A stretch of 64,000 nt of DNA from the human T2T-CHM13v2.0 reference genome, Homo sapiens, in assembly GCF_009914755.1 (NCBI RefSeq), contig NC_060932.1; one strand, given 5' to 3'. How positions within the stretch are numbered: position 1 is the first letter of the stretch; every line of letters starts with the position of its first letter. A program made the position numbers and the translations under genes. Below are positions 1 through 15,744 of this stretch, piece by piece. The notes under the pieces were generated by a model that was given only the letters and a program-made list of their open reading frames with translations, was not told where the DNA came from and did not search any database.

Positions 1-138
1 GAAGCATGGCCTTGCTGTTGACCCAGTGAAACTACTTTCAAACTTCTGAACTATAGAACTATAAGAAAATATGGGCTTTGTTGTTTTAAGCTACCAAGTT
101 TGTGAAATTTGTTACAGCATCTATAGCAAACTAGTACA
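1..138 (+). mobile_element. MaLR LTR 3' end (MLT1D-like), cut by the window edge
   Basis: Ends in the MLT1 terminal motif 'ttgttttaagctaccaagtttgtgaaatttgttacagcatctatagcaaactagtaca'. Confidence 0.75.
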
Positions 139-159
139 GGTTTAACTTATCTTCACATA

Positions 160-900
160 TGTATTGACTACTGTATTTCTTCCTGTGTTTAAAATGTCTA
201 TTCATTACATTTCTTGCTCATTTTTCTATTATGAAATTTGTTTTTTCTTCTTGATTTTTCAAATATATTGATAGCTTTGTATTTATACATTTATAGCTCT
301 ATCTTGGTGGTGCAAATAATCCCCAAATACACAATAATAAATCTTTTAAGTTTGCTTACAGTTTTTGGATGAATATGGGTTTTGAGTTTTTTATGTTTTA
401 AAATCTTTCAATGTGTTCATCTATAATTTCTTATTTTGCTTTTATGTGATGTCAGATGGATACCTACCTACATTTTCTTATAGCTCATTAGTAATTTCAT
501 ATTTTATGGTTATCTTTTTCTTTCATCTAGAATTTACTTTGGTGGGTGATATGAGGCAGGTATCTAGCTGTTTTCTTTAATAGTTATCCAATTGTTACAG
601 AACAACTTATTCAATAATCATCTCTGTTCATTGATTTAAAGTACTATCTTTATCCTTTGATTAATTACAAACTATGGTCTATTTCAGAATCTTTTTATTC
701 TATTCTATTATCATCCACACTTAATTATAGTGGTTTTATAAAAATCCTTTAAAGTCTAGAAATACATGTCTCCATATGTATTGTTCTTTTTTTAAATGTT
801 TCAAAAACTTTCCAGATGAACTTTATGATTCCTTTGTAAAGTTAAAGCAATCATTTTAGAATTTGTATTGGAATTGAATTAAACTTATCAACTGATTTCC
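160..900 (-). mobile_element. Ancient L1 (L1M/L1ME) ORF2-3' fragments, antisense
   Basis: T-rich degenerate L1 antisense motifs ('catctagaatttactttggt...gatatgaggcaggtatctagc', 'tatggtctatttcagaatctttttattctatt'). Boundaries approximate. Confidence 0.55.
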
Positions 901-1310
901 AAACCTAAGTCATTGGGATGCACTTACACATTTAAAATGTTGGCATTTTTAAACAGGAACATAGGGTGGCTGAATGCTAGTAGGGAGGTAGACTCAGACG
1001 TAGACAGGGAAAGTTGTTCTAAATACTAGATTTAATCAGGAATGTCCAGGTATGATTTTCGTTTGTTGCTCTTAGTAGTCTATGAACTCTCTCAAAAAAC
1101 TTCTAGCATTTCTGTTGGCTTTACTCTTCCGGGCAATCCTTGCTATGAATATTTTGGATTTCCTAAGTCAGGCTTTTTCACAGTTCTCTTACTACTTCAA
1201 TTTATTTTTTCCTTTGAATTCTGGGAGAATTTCTAGGATTTTCCTTCATTTTCACTGATTCAGTTTATCAGCAGTCTCCATTTAGTCGTTCACTGCTACC
1301 TCGTGGTTTT

Positions 1311-1375
1311 AAATTCTATACTTGCATTTAAAGTCTATACTTGCATTTTTAAAGTCTATACTTGCATTTTTTTTT
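1311..1375. repeat. Short tandem triplication of a ~20-bp unit aaa(g/t)tctatacttgcattt(tt)
   Basis: Three consecutive copies starting at 1311, 1330 and 1351. Confidence 0.9.
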
Positions 1376-1460
1376 CATTTGGTCTTTTATGATTTCATAT
1401 TGTTACCTCCCTATGACATTTAAAAAATTCACAAATGAAATACCTGCTTGAGTACTGTAG

Positions 1461-1814
<354 letters not shown>

Positions 1815-2867
1815 CATTTGTGCATTTTTTAAAATGACTTGTATATGTTTGTTAAGAGCTGAAAATAATAAAGTATTAAGAACTGACATGGTTTCTCTCA
1901 TAGATTTTGTGAGTCCCTACAAGAAAAAAAAAAAAAAACCCTTTTCAGTTTCAAGAAGAAAAGAGAAAGGTACAGATTTACACTGGTTTTATACTTTACC
2001 AATGCAGAAATTCTTCAGCATTAGGAGTATATGGACATGCCAGGCTGGAAGGTAGTTAAGTTCGGAGTGACTTGGTATTTTCACTGATGAACTTCTCTTA
2101 GGTGAGGTGAGACAGTCAGAAATTGTTAGGGACCATTCTCCATATTCTGTTGTCTATGCCGGATTATGAATTGTCATCAGCCAATTGCTTGGTGCAGTCT
2201 CTAGAACCAGACTGGTACCATGGACAAACCAATTGGACACAGATGTCTTCTCAGGCCATCCCACAGTATGTCCAAACAAAAAGCTCCACTGCTCAGAGCC
2301 TTGGATGGGTTGGGGGATTGAAAAGATTTGATTGGGTCTCTTTGGTTCACTTATCTAGCAAACTTCTCTTTCATGTGCAGGAAAATGCATAGGTTGTTGG
2401 CCAGATAAGGTAGATTTTGACATACATTTTATTAAAATGTTCCCCAAGTTTCTGGAACTTGCCTTGCACCCTTCACTAGTTTCCAATGCAAAATAAACCC
2501 CATCATTACCAACAGGTAATTTTTGTGGGACTCTAGAGGCAAGAAGTTACTGGCATATGTTTAAGTTCCCATCTTTCTTGAAAGTTTGGAAACACATTTT
2601 AGAAATTGGAAATCACTATACAACCTATTTCTGTCAATGTTGACACCATTCTAACTGTCATCTAGGTTTTAAATTGGTAATGTTACTTTTGACTACTTTT
2701 CCCTCCCAGTCTTAAAGCAGTTCCCAAGTTTTTGAAATTCTACTTGCAGTTCCATCTTTCCTTTTGCTTCTACTGTAACTAACATAGACTAAGTCCCTCC
2801 TAATGTGGAACCTCATGTTCCAAGTTATCCCCAGCTCTGCTCTTCACTCCAATCTATCCTACACACC

Positions 2868-3263
2868 CGTCTTAGTCCATTTTGTGCTGTTGTAATGAAT
2901 ACCACAGACTGAGTAGTTTATAATGAATGCCATTATATGAATGGGGATAGGAATGTGTATGGCTTGTGGTTCTGAAGGCTGGGAAACCCAAGATCAAAGG
3001 GCTGCATCTGGTGAGGATCTTCTTGCAATATCATAGCAGAAGGCATCACCTGGGTGAGAAAGAGCAACAAGGGGCCAAATTCACTTTTATAACAAATCCA
3101 CTCTCATGACAATGAACCCACTCCCAAGATAACAACACTAACCTATTAATGAGGGAAGAGCCTTCATAGCATAATCACCTCTTAAAGGCCCCTCTCAACA
3201 CAGTTGCATTGGGGATTAAGTTTCCAGCTCATGAACTTTGAGATACCCATTCAAATCACAGCA
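2868..3263 (-). mobile_element. MaLR solo LTR (MSTC/MSTD-like)
   Basis: 'cttagtccattttgtgctgttgtaa...gcatctggtgagg...aatcacctcttaaagg...cattcaaatcacagca'. Confidence 0.8.
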
Positions 3264-4489
3264 ATGACCCTGAAGTTACTATTCTCAAAACATCTCAAGC
3301 CACCAGTGGCTTCCACTGTCAACTGAATGCAATTCAAGTGTTTTCAGGTTTCCCACTATTTGGTTTCTTCATAAATAAAAAAATCTTATTTCAATCACTC
3401 CTTGACACAAATTATTCTCACCTTTAAGTACGGTACCTGCGATAAGCAATGCTTGATTTCAATTCCAAGTATGGTCCATCCTCTGTAGCCTACTTAGAAT
3501 TCCCCTTTGGGCCCCTGTGTCAGACTGTCAGCACCAGGAATATATAGTCACGTCCTATGTATCTTCACAAATCCTCAGCACCTAGCACAGTACCTGGGCC
3601 ATAGTATTAAACAGATACTTATTGAGTCATACTGACTTCCATCTTTTGTATCTTTTCTAGTCCCACATGATACCATAATCTTTGACACCTGTGATAAATA
3701 CTCAAGGCTTACACATTGATCCAAGTTCTTGCTTTTTATAATTATTTTTTAAGTTTTTCTTTGGGACATAATGTAGGTCAATATTTCATAAATGTTTTAT
3801 TGATGATGAAAATAAAGAATATTCTCTGTAGGACACAAAAATCAATATATGCACATTTACACATATAGCCATATTAATTATGTTATCCAGGACTTACATA
3901 ACTAGTTTAATTTTTTTCTATTTGATCTATAAAAGGTGTAGATATGTGTGCTACAGTCTTCTACTACCATTGTAATTCTGTCAATTCCTCCATTTTCTAA
4001 AATTCTTTCATCTATTCCAGTGAAATCTGTGTCTATCAACTTTCAAACACAGATAATCAGAATAACTATAAATTGTAGACAAGGGATTTATTGTAGCCAT
4101 TAGACAGTATATAATTGTGGGAGGAACTAGGGAGGAGGGCATGTCTGATAAGGGGATTTGGAGGAACAGAGAAGTCATTAACAAGCTACTTTGAGAAACC
4201 TAGTGCATCCATCATTAGAGTGAAGCCATGGAGAGGAGAAATACATGGAAGAAATCTGCAGATCCACAGCCAAGTGTCTAGGTATGCACCAGCTGGAAAG
4301 AAAAATTGAATATAGAGTCTAAACATTCAAAGACAAGGGGAACTCTCTGACCCCTCTAAGTCTGTTACCACAACTAACCACCATAACCTTCCGCCTCCCA
4401 AATCTCATGCAGGTACTCCTTTATTCATCACCAAATTGGAAGAGGATTCCAGGAAAGGTTAACCAACTTGATGATTATAAAATCCAGCA

Positions 4490-4700
4490 CAGCTCAATCT
4501 TTGTCAATGTGCCATCCACACACACATTTTTAAACTATGTTTAACTTTTAAATAAAGATAATACAAAAATCATGCTCCACGTAGTATGATGCAAATAGCC
4601 CTCACATAACCTAAAGCAACCCTCTTCCCAGAAAAAGGACACCAAGGTCCCCAAAGGCCCATGTCATTTTATCTATTTGGGGCCAATATTTGTAAAATAC
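4490..4700 (-). mobile_element. Possible ERVL internal-region fragment
   Basis: 'tttgtcaatgtgccatccacacacacatttttaaactatgtttaacttttaaataaagataatacaa' resembles the LTR-adjacent ERVL internal sequence as I recall it. Confidence 0.35.
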
Positions 4701-4789
4701 AAGGTTAAGGATATGTAAGGAGGTAAAAGGTATTAGCACATCTTATGTTAATTGGTATGGAAATTGAAGAATGAAAAACAGAAATAAAA

Positions 4790-4960
4790 CTATATATCTA
4801 TGAACTATATATATCTAATGATGTATATCTCTATATAAATACATATTGATATAAATAGTTATGTATATATAGATATATAGCTATACATACATCTACAGTT
4901 ACATATCAAAATAGATACATAGATATATAACTGTATTTATGTACTTATAGATATATATCA
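4790..4960. repeat. Degenerate (TA)n/(TAGA)n low-complexity tract
   Basis: Visible tatatatc/atagatata repeats. Confidence 0.8.
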
Positions 4961-6159
4961 AAATTCACCTCTAAGAAAGAAATGATCTTCTCGATTATGT
5001 TATTATGGCTAGTGTTTATAACTTCTGTCTTTCTCTATCTATTCCATATTCCCTTCCCTTCAGTTGGTCATGATTCCCTAGCTGGACTGAAATCCTTATT
5101 TCTGGGGCATCTGTACACTACCAGCCCTATTTATCTTAACTATTTGCCACCATGTTATCTGTCAGTATCAAGTGTTGGTATTTTTGAAAAATCTTATTTT
5201 AATACCTTAATCAGTATTTCAGTAAGAATTATTTTAGTAAGCGACTACACAAGCAGCCTTAAGCCAACTACCAGTTTGAGTTAGAATTTATATTAACTGA
5301 TATGTAAACAGATATATACCCCCACAAAAAGCATTTATTTAATGGTCACTATCTTCCAAGAATTTAAGCTGGGTTTGGGAAACACCAAAATGTTCCCCAA
5401 GGAGCTCAGATTTAGTAGGAAGCATGTGCAGTATGAAGTTGTGATTTCAGTAGAGTGGAATCTATTATAATCTGTGGAAGCTGAAATAATTGGCTTTGCT
5501 GGAATACTGAATGGAAACAGAACAAAGGAACAGGCATTTTCCTAGGTCTTCAAGAATGAGGAGAGTCCCAAAGGGACATGTTAGGGAAAAGCAATCAAGG
5601 ACAAACAGCACCATATGCACAGGCAAAAACAGTAAATATCAAGTTGAAAAATCATGTCTGATGATATAAAAGCAAAGGTATGCCAAGCAATAGTTAAGAG
5701 ACAGAAGCAAGTATAGAAATGGAGGGGTGGGATATTAATGTTATCATCATTAAAATGGGGAGTCAAGAGAACTAGCCTTTACAGAATATGATATGAACGT
5801 TTAAGTATGATGTTTGAAGTTGCAGGTGGAGACAAAAGTGGAAACTTAGAATTCTTATTTAACTATATTAGGAGGAAGTGGGAGAAGGCAGGGGAGGTAT
5901 GAGCTATGCCAATCTCCAGAAAGGTAGGGAGACTGCAGACTGCTATAACGATGACAAAGAAAATAAAGATGTGACATGTTTAGATATTTGGCAATAACAA
6001 AAAAGAAAAAAGAAATAGTTAAAGTTAGGTTGACCAAAAATGTATTATGCAAACCATGACACTTTGGGGAGTAAAAGCAGATGTTATTAAAAATTATCAG
6101 GGAAAAAAAAAACAGGCATAAATCTGTGCTGAATTGGGCAATCTGAGAAGTTTGGGTGT

Positions 6160-6511
6160 TGCCTTAGTCCATTTTATGCTGCTATAACAAAATACCACTG
6201 ATTGGGTAATTTATAATAAACAGAAATGTTTTGACTCACAGATCTACACGTGGGAAGACCAAGACCAAAGTGCTGGCATCTGGTGAGGGCCTTCTTACTG
6301 CTTCATATGGCAGAAAGCGGAAGGACAAGAGAGAGCTGGAGTGAGCAAAAAGGCACAAAACTCATTCCTTTTTAATGGTATTAATTCGACCAATGACAGC
6401 AGAGCTGTCATGGTCTAATCACCTCTCAAATGTCCCACCTCTTAATATTGTTACAATGGCAATTAAATTTCAACATGCGTTTTAGAGGGGACAAGCATTC
6501 AAACCATACCA
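6160..6511 (-). mobile_element. MaLR solo LTR (MSTD-like)
   Basis: 'tgccttagtccattttatgctgctataacaaaatacc...ggcatctggtgagggccttctt...cattcaaaccatacca'. Confidence 0.85.
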
Positions 6512-6581
6512 GTCACCATACAGGAAAGGGAGCAGTTGAGCTTTTCTCTATCATTTCAATTTTCTATGTGCATACTTCTGA

Positions 6582-6801
<220 letters not shown>

Positions 6802-9049
6802 AAGTGTTTTTGCCTTTTTACTTTTTGATATGCACAAATGATGGGGGTCTCTTGTCTGTCTACCCAATGTGGTTGTTAATTCTTGGAGAGCAAAAGTCAT
6901 GTTACTCATCTTTCTATACCGGTGGAGCTAAAGATAGAAACTGCCATATTTGTTGAATTAGCAAATATATTATAACTTTTCCTTCTGAGTTCCTTATTTG
7001 GCTTTCATATTCTATTGTATATCTTTTTTAAAAAAATAGTCAAAAATACCTAATGTGTATAGATCCTAGCAATAGAAAAGAAACATTTTATACAACAATT
7101 ATAAAGATTATATGAAAGGAACTCTGCTTTGTAATTGTCCAAAACAGGAAGACATAAGTTTTTTCATTTGATCTTCACAGGAACTTTACTTTGAGAGATT
7201 GTATTATATTCATCTTGCAGATGAAGGAAATGAAATTCAGAGAAGTTGAGCAACTTGTTAGGCATCACACAGATTTTTAGTGGAAGAGGTAAATCCAGAT
7301 CCTAAGAATTTTAGTTGCCATCCTTGCTTTCAGCCCACTAACACCCACTGCCTTTCTAATAAATCATTTTTCCTCTTCACTGAAGAGTACTGGCAAGATT
7401 TGGATTACTAAAGGCAGACAACAATTTCTGCATGCTTCCTTCATATTCTTCTCCTGCACTGGGCTCCTTATTCTACACTGCCAGTTTCCTATGACTGAAA
7501 TTTGAAAGCATGTAACTGTTAATCTAGGAGTGATTAAAGAGTTTCATTTCTCGGAAGATTCAGTACTCATCATCAGCTATGATGAATGAGCCCCTAACAT
7601 CCCCTGATCCCATTATATTGTGATTAATTGTGCCAGTTTAAGTCAATAATTCATTTGTTAAAAATAGGCCTGCAAAGTATCATTTGTCTCATGGGAGATA
7701 TCAGAATAAAAAAAATTCATTTGATACTTCTCATTAAATTAGTGTTGGAAGTTATATTGAAGAGCCCTGTTCATCAAATACTTACTGCAGGCTTATTTGA
7801 TAAGAAGTTGTATTTCTCTAAAATTATGTCTGCTAACTGTCATAACAGTCTTCATTTTCCCTGTGTTAATAAAAGAATAAAAAGTCTAAATACGTGCATG
7901 ACTGGAGAAAAGGGTGGGACTTGAAACTGGGATTAGACTAATTCCTAAATATGTGCTTTTTAGAAAATAGGTATAAATAATGTTCTTGGTTTTATGGCAT
8001 TACAATGTCTTTCTAAAAAAATAAGAGAAATATTGAATAGGGTGTCTTCTTCCTGGACTCAGATACTGTTCCTGGAGATGCTGTGCTGAGCTCCTATGAG
8101 ACAGAGCTTCTCCACTGTCTCTTATATATAAATTATTATAAATGCCATATTCAGTCTCCTTGGGCCATGAAGGTATTTTCAGCTGTGATTCTAAAAGAAG
8201 ATAGACATAAAGAACAGCTCGACTGCAAATGGTAATGGTCATTATCACAGGAGATACAGGATTCATATCTTAATATTTCCAAAGCAACATCATAGTCACC
8301 TTGGAGCGACTCCCAAAATGCTCCTAAACATTTAGATATGAGAGAGGAGATAGTGATTCATGAAATGCTAGATGCCTTTGAGAAAGGGTTGTTTCCTTGC
8401 AATTTGGTGTGATTGGAGCAAAGGAGAACTGAACTGGGGTGATTCTCTCACAACTGGTCAGGGTAATGGGGGTATGAGGCCAGGTGCTGGGCACATATTG
8501 AAAACTTAGTATTTGATGAAGGAAAAGAGCAAGAGAGAAAAAAGCTGATGGCAGAGAAGGAGGCAAGATATAGGTGGGAGAAAGGAAAAAAGAAATCAAA
8601 GGACAGAGAAAACTCTGCTGGCCATAGCAAGAGATTGAACTTCACAGCAGTGGGTTCTAATGACTAATTCTAAGACCAGCTACCTAATCACAACATGTGA
8701 AGAGTTTTAAACATTCAGAATCGTAAGCCCTGCACCCACCTTCCTCCCCAAATTCTTATTAGGCTTGATAGGACACCCAAGAGAGTATTTTTAAAAATGT
8801 TCCTAAGGTCATGCTGGTATACAGTGTCTCTGCAAAATAGAGACAAGGAGATTATTTAGATGACTGAAACAGTGCTCAGAGCTGCCTGGGTAAGAGGTGC
8901 TAGTGTCTGGTGCTAACATATGACCCAAGCCTCTTAGGATGATAGATAAAGAAATCATTGTGCAAAGGAAAAAATGTTGTACAAATATAAGGGATTACAT
9001 ATACATAGGTCATGCAAAAGAAAAATGCAATTTTATAAAATAAATTATT

Positions 9050-9346
9050 GAGGGAGTGATAAACAAATCTTGGTTAATGGATACAAATATAGAGTTGGAA
9101 TGAATAAGATCTAGTGTTCTGTAGCTCAATGTGGTGACTATAGCTGACAGTAATATATTGTGTATTTCAAAATACAAGAGTAGAATTGGAATGTTCCTAA
9201 CACAAAGAAATGATCAATGTTTAATGATAACCCAGCGACCCTGATTTAATCATTACATATTGTATGTTTGTGCTGAAATAGCCCATTACCCCATAAATAC
9301 GTGCAACTCCTATATATCCATGAAAATTAAAAATAAAAAAATTAAA
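9050..9346 (+). mobile_element. L1MA-type 3' UTR fragment with A-rich tail
   Basis: 'ttggttaatggatacaaa...gaataagatctagtgttc...cacaaagaaatgat...ccctgatttaatcattaca...accccataaata' followed by an A-rich end. Confidence 0.8.
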
Positions 9347-9762
9347 AGAATAAATTGTGGAAACCCTTTTTCATGATAGAGGAGGTGCTAAGTTCCCCTT
9401 CGGCTCTCTGGACAGTTCTCTGGTTTTGCAGAAGTAATAGCAGCATCATTATGAAGCCAAATCAAACCCCCCCAAAAATGTTGGTGATATTTTCTCTGAT
9501 GATTCAGAAGAGAACAAAGATCCTGAAAGAGAGAACAAAAGAGGAAATTAGAGACATTTTTAGAATGATGGTGAATGTAGCCCCTACTACTGGCAGTAAG
9601 CCATAGGTGGCCAAAGAACCATGGCATTTTCTGAAAACTTTCCTATGGCAAGAAGGCTGAAAGCATGGTTTCAGGCTATACGTTATTTTGTGCTGTACTG
9701 TAGTACATTTTACTTTCATGGTACTTCATTTTACCTCCAGATATCACTAAGTCTGTTGCACA

Positions 9763-10129
9763 CGACATGGTTTGGCTCTGTGTCCACATCCAAATCTCAT
9801 CTAGAATTGTAATCCCCATGTGTCAAGGGAGGGACCCTGTGGGAGGTGACTGGATCAAGGGGGTGGTTTCCTCCATGCTGTTCTCATGATAGTGAGGGAG
9901 TTCTCATGAAATCTGTTGGTTTTAAAAGTGGCAGTTTCCCCTGTGTGCTCTTTCTCTCCTGCCTCCTTATGAAGAAGTTTCCTGCTTCTCCTTCTCCTTC
10001 CACCATGATTGTAAGTTTCCTGAGGTCTCCCCAGCCATGTGGAACCATGAGTCAATTAAACCTCTTTTATTTATAAGTTACCCAATCTCAGGTAGTATCT
10101 TTATAGCAGTGTGAAAATGGACTAATATA
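9763..10129 (+). mobile_element. MaLR solo LTR (THE1D/MSTA-like)
   Basis: 'atggtttggctctgtgtcc...aaatctcatc...ccatgattgtaagtttcctgagg...gagtcaattaaacctctttt...ggactaata'. Confidence 0.9.
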
Positions 10130-10352
10130 CACACAATAACACTGATTAATAAAGAAGGAAGGATAAGCCCTTCCAGGGAGAAGGTACTATGGGGAAGGGA
10201 CCACAGCTGCAGGAATTTAAAGAGAAAGTAGGGACCACTGACTGACTTTGGAGCAGGAACTTGGTGTAAAAGGTGACAGGACAAATCAAGTCCATACTAC
10301 TTCCTTTCTATTCCTAGACACTTTTGGATTCTTTAAAAATATTTGGGTAGTA

Positions 10353-10676
<324 letters not shown>

Positions 10677-12110
10677 CTAGTTAGGCTTCTGTTACCTTCG
10701 GTGAAGGGATTTATACAAGAAAAGCATTTCACTTCTTTTACTCTAAATTCTTTCCATGTGTTGGCAGCAATAAGATAAAGATCTCATCTAAGAAACCCTG
10801 AGTCTGTCTTTCCTATGCTTCATTTCTTTCTGATGCATTTCAGCAGCCATCTCTTCTTTCCTTATAATTGGCTTAAAATCTCTTCTTGATTCAAAGAAGG
10901 CAAGTTAGAAAAAAAAAGTGATACATTTATCCAATATTTCCCTTTAAAGACTACCATTTATAGTTATCTGAATCACATTTCATCCGCTTTTAAATGTTTG
11001 ACAGAGATGAGGAACACTGCCAGTATTTGCACTCTCCTTCTCCAATTTAGGCCCCAGGCATAGATCCATTAATGCATGAATTAACAATGCTATTGGCACT
11101 ACTCACCATGGAGAAAGATGCTATAATTCTTAATGCACCTTAGAAATGCCACTGACCCAACTTATTGTTAATATTTCTTGAGACAAGTCTTATCTCCAGT
11201 TTTACTGTTTCCCTTGTATAGTAATCAAATCTGGGTAAAACCTAACCTCAGACATCTCTAAATAAGCAAAAGGATTTTTAAATGTTGAAGCTAGAAGGAA
11301 CTTCAAAAATCATTTGGGGAAGCTCTTTTATTTTTGAGATGTGGAATCAGAAGCTCATAAATATGAAGTGATTTGACTAAGGTTGTATATTTCTTGGTGC
11401 CATGTCTAAGATCAGAATACACTAATACTACTCATTCATCAGTCAATATATGTTAAGGAAATTCCATGTGCCAAGTACTTTTTGAACATTGATTTGAGAA
11501 ACAAAAATGTAAAGATATAGTCCTCTGACTCAAGCTGCTTATAGATCTGAGACAAATATATAAATGATTACATTTTCTTAAATATAGTTTTCAATAGTAT
11601 ACATTTCAGTAATTTAATCTGCCAGGGGATTGATGGGGAGGAGGGCAGAGAGGAGAACATTGTAGCACTTGGATCTCAGTAGTCATGCCTCCTGACCCCT
11701 AAATCACATTAAAGATGGTGTGTTTTTGATAGCAACAGTAGTTGGTGGCTTACTTGCACTCTAAACTTTTTTGGGGTGCTTATGTTAGCAACTTGTAAAC
11801 AAATACTTCTATATTAAGTATAATACCACACACTAGAGGACCATCCTAATGGTTCCTTTGGTGACTCCATGACTCACTGCAAAGGCAGAAAGGGAGTTGG
11901 AAATTATTGCCTTCAAAGCCATGAAGTTGTCTGTTTGACCACAGTCCCAGAGCAAAGAGCTCAAAGAATGCATGGGTCAATGAAGTCCTGAGTTCATGAA
12001 TTTCTGTAGTTTGCTAAAGATGGAATGGGAGGATCAGATGTTAGAGAACTATGTTTTTTTTCAGGCCATGCAGGTCAATACTACACTGAAAACACCATAG
12101 AGTTACTAAA

Positions 12111-12180
12111 GAATATATAAGAATATATTATATATATCTATATATCTATATCTATCTATCTATATATATATATATATATC
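12111..12180. repeat. Compound (TA)n/(TATC)n microsatellite
   Basis: Directly visible. Confidence 0.9.
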
Positions 12181-14467
12181 TTCACATCAGGGAGGGAAAT
12201 TAGAAACCCAGCCATGCCCCCTACAGAGCAAGTCTGAAAATCTAGGTGCTTACCTCTCTCTCTGAATCCTAGATTCCTCTGGCGCATAATTGGCACTGCA
12301 ATGGTTCTGCGGTGCCTGGCAGATATTTCACACCTCCTAAATCAGACTACCTGGGATTTGCCCAAGCAGGCACACTCATCCTGCACAATGGCCTCATTGT
12401 CTGGAAAGAACCTGCCGGTGTTACTGACGGAAGGCTCTGAATGCATATTGCCTCCTTCTCTACCCTCACCAAGAAACCATAGTGCAGCAAACTTCAAGCC
12501 AAAAATATAATACTGCCCAGGAGAGGTTACAGGACAGTGCTTTAGAATGGAAAGGCAAGCTGCATTTGTTAGGAGTGTAGCTATGCAAATGCATTAGCCC
12601 AAAGGCATGGGAAGGTCACCATGGTACGTGGTCATTCACCCACTGAGGAGACAAGTACCTTGATAGTGGCTGTCTGGTTGACTTCTGGGGGCATTCAGCC
12701 AAATAGCCTAGCTTCTTGCTCCTATGCTAGAGAAGAGATGGTCCAAGGTTTCTAGATGTTTCTTGAGCTTATAAATCATATTATCCCAGAGGTCATTTCC
12801 AACAAATATCATGTGCAAAGGAATGTTCAGATTATTGCCATGTTTAGAGGAAGAAATAGGTATGGGGATGAAGTGATTCAGTTCTGTCTTCTCCTAAAAA
12901 CAACCATTTCATGAATAGTGAAGATCTGTAGAAGCAATAGTAAATGCATGTCATCGAGTGTTTATTTTCTTATATGTAAAACCAGCTATGCACTGCCCTT
13001 TTAAAATCAGGGATAGATGAGTCTACAATTATACTTTCAGAATCGTTAAAGGTTAACTTTGCACATTTCATGAGGATGCTTTTTAGGAGATCTGAAACTC
13101 TCGATTGTGACACCTGTCAGTCTATCTCTTGGGCTAAGGAATGTTTCCTCATAGAATTACGTCTATTTTCAGTGTGGAAAAGTCCACACATCTGAAAGTA
13201 TTTGAAGGGTTTCTGCATGGCCATGGCCTTAGACTAAGATACATGGTGTGCTGCTTTCTTTCCTTTGATATCATCTCGCCCTACACTGTCATTTTACAAA
13301 CAAGAAACTAAAGCTGCGAGGTGTGGCCTGACTTCAAAGGTGACAGAGGCAGAGCTAAAACTGTAATCCAGCCCTCCAGTCCAAAGCTTTTCATCTATGA
13401 CAGTGATTCATTTCGGATCATGATTGGATCAATAGCCATTCCACATTCCACAGCATTAGCAGAAATTTTCACAAAGAGGGAAATGAACAATACAGAACAA
13501 ATGATAATAGTATTCCACCAATAGCTTCATTTAGAACAAATGTATTGTAGTCTTGCAGAACTTCCATAGGATCAGCCTATGACATAGGCAGGACAAGGAG
13601 TGGGGAAGTCAGGTTATGTGTGCACACGTGTGTGTGCACATGCCAGGATGTGCTGGGGGAAGAGGGGCAGAATTGGAGGTGGGCCAAAATCATAAGAGAA
13701 GCCTTCTTCATAGATTCTGCTTTTCTTAGCTTCCCATGGAGGCTAATATGAAGAAAGAAGGCTCGTGTCTTTGCTGTGTGTTTACCTTCCAGTGGGCTAT
13801 TTTACTGCTTTCCTGTTTTTCTCCTGCTCTATTTATTCAGGTTGGGTCCATGCTTGGGAGATGAGGGTGGGAGGAAATTCAGAGCCATGTGGTGGGGCCT
13901 CAGTGACTCCTGTGAGATTTCCATGGCTGGGTTAGACACCTTCCTGTTTGCCAAGTTTCCCACCAAGACCATTGAGTAAGGAGTTAACTACAGATCCATA
14001 CATGTCCCGCAATGGTCATCCTCCAGTGCCTGTTAGCTATGAGCTGAGGGGAGCATAGTCCCTTTAACAAGGATGGTACAAGAAGAAAAACATTTAAAAA
14101 CCTAGCCTGGAAAGAATGCTAAAATTGGTCTTTTAATATGTCTTGACCGCTGTTGGAGCAAAAAAGTTTTCTATTAATACATGAACCTGCATTTATGTTT
14201 TCCACTTATGGACTCGATGTTTCTAGCTCTCCACGACACTCTAGTGCCTTGGTTTTACGGCATCTGTGAGAAGAACTAGGGGACCTTCTTATAAGCCATG
14301 GAATATGGAAGGGAAGTAATAAGTAACTTTCATGAATTGAGTACCTTTCATGTGGCAAGCTCTGTTCTTAATACCTTATGTGCTTTACTTTGTTTTATTC
14401 TCAAGGAAATTGTATGAGATCTTAACTCCTTTGAGGCTCAGAGTCAATGTTTGATCCATGTTTATTT

Positions 14468-14617
14468 ATCTGTGTGCTCTGTGCCAGTATAATGCCATCC
14501 TTCCAGCTTGAGTGACACAGCTAGAAAGTGTGCTTGAGAGAGTCCAGTGTCACCGTGTCCTAGAAATGAGACCTCTAACAAGTCACCTTGATCTCTATCT
14601 ACATCAGTTCCTCAGCA
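14468..14617 (+). repeat. Donor copy of a local ~150-bp duplication; its 3' end runs into a MIR
   Basis: Shares 'atgccatccttccagcttgagtgacacagc...agagtccagtgtcacc...caagtcac' with 15573-15744. Confidence 0.9.
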
Positions 14618-14827
14618 AATAATGAGGATAATAGCAATGACCAGTACCCTACTTCAAGAGATGGCTTTGAGAATCAAATGAAATACTTTAAATAAAATGT
14701 TCAGTGAATCATAAAATATTATGCAAATATTAATCACTAGTATAATGGAATTTTGGCTTCTGTTTTAATTTATGTGAAGACACAAGAAACTTATGAACTA
14801 TGTATAAGTTAAGCATTTGCAAGTCTA

Positions 14828-15281
<454 letters not shown>

Positions 15282-15572
15282 CCCCGCAAAGTTGTAATCT
15301 ACCTAAACACATAATTTTAAAAGTCATGTAGCACTCTATTTTTAATCATATAATGGGGAAATTCAAGGAGAGGGTTGCAATATGTCGATACTCAAGCATG
15401 ACTTCCCTGGGAGGCAGCAGTACCCAAATACCTTCTCCTCTGTGTGCAGCCACCAGGAATGTACCAGCCACAAATGAACACTGATGCTGATATATTTATT
15501 GTGATTTAAAATAACACAGTCGCATCTCTGTTAGTGATATATTTTCTAAAATAATGAACAACTCTTGGAGAA

Positions 15573-15744
15573 GTGCCATATGATGCCATCCTTCCAGCTT
15601 GAGTGACACAGCAAGAATGTGTGATTGAGCAGAGAGTCCAGTGTCACCACGTCCTAGAGATGAGAACTCTAGCAAGTCACTTTGATATCTATTTATATCC
15701 ATTCCTTAGCATCTGTGTGCTTTGTACCAATATAATGCCATCCT
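15573..15744 (+). repeat. Circularly permuted second copy of 14468-14617
   Basis: Matches 14481-14617, then continues directly with the equivalent of 14468-14501. Confidence 0.88.

Noticed and set aside
1311-1375. CRISPR-like or functional repeat array
   Set aside because: Eukaryotic context, no spacers; a simple slippage triplication.
2868-6511. Two same-strand MST LTRs as the ends of one provirus
   Set aside because: They differ in internal structure, share no evident outer TSD, and the intervening DNA looks like L2, L1 and other fragments rather than MST internal sequence.
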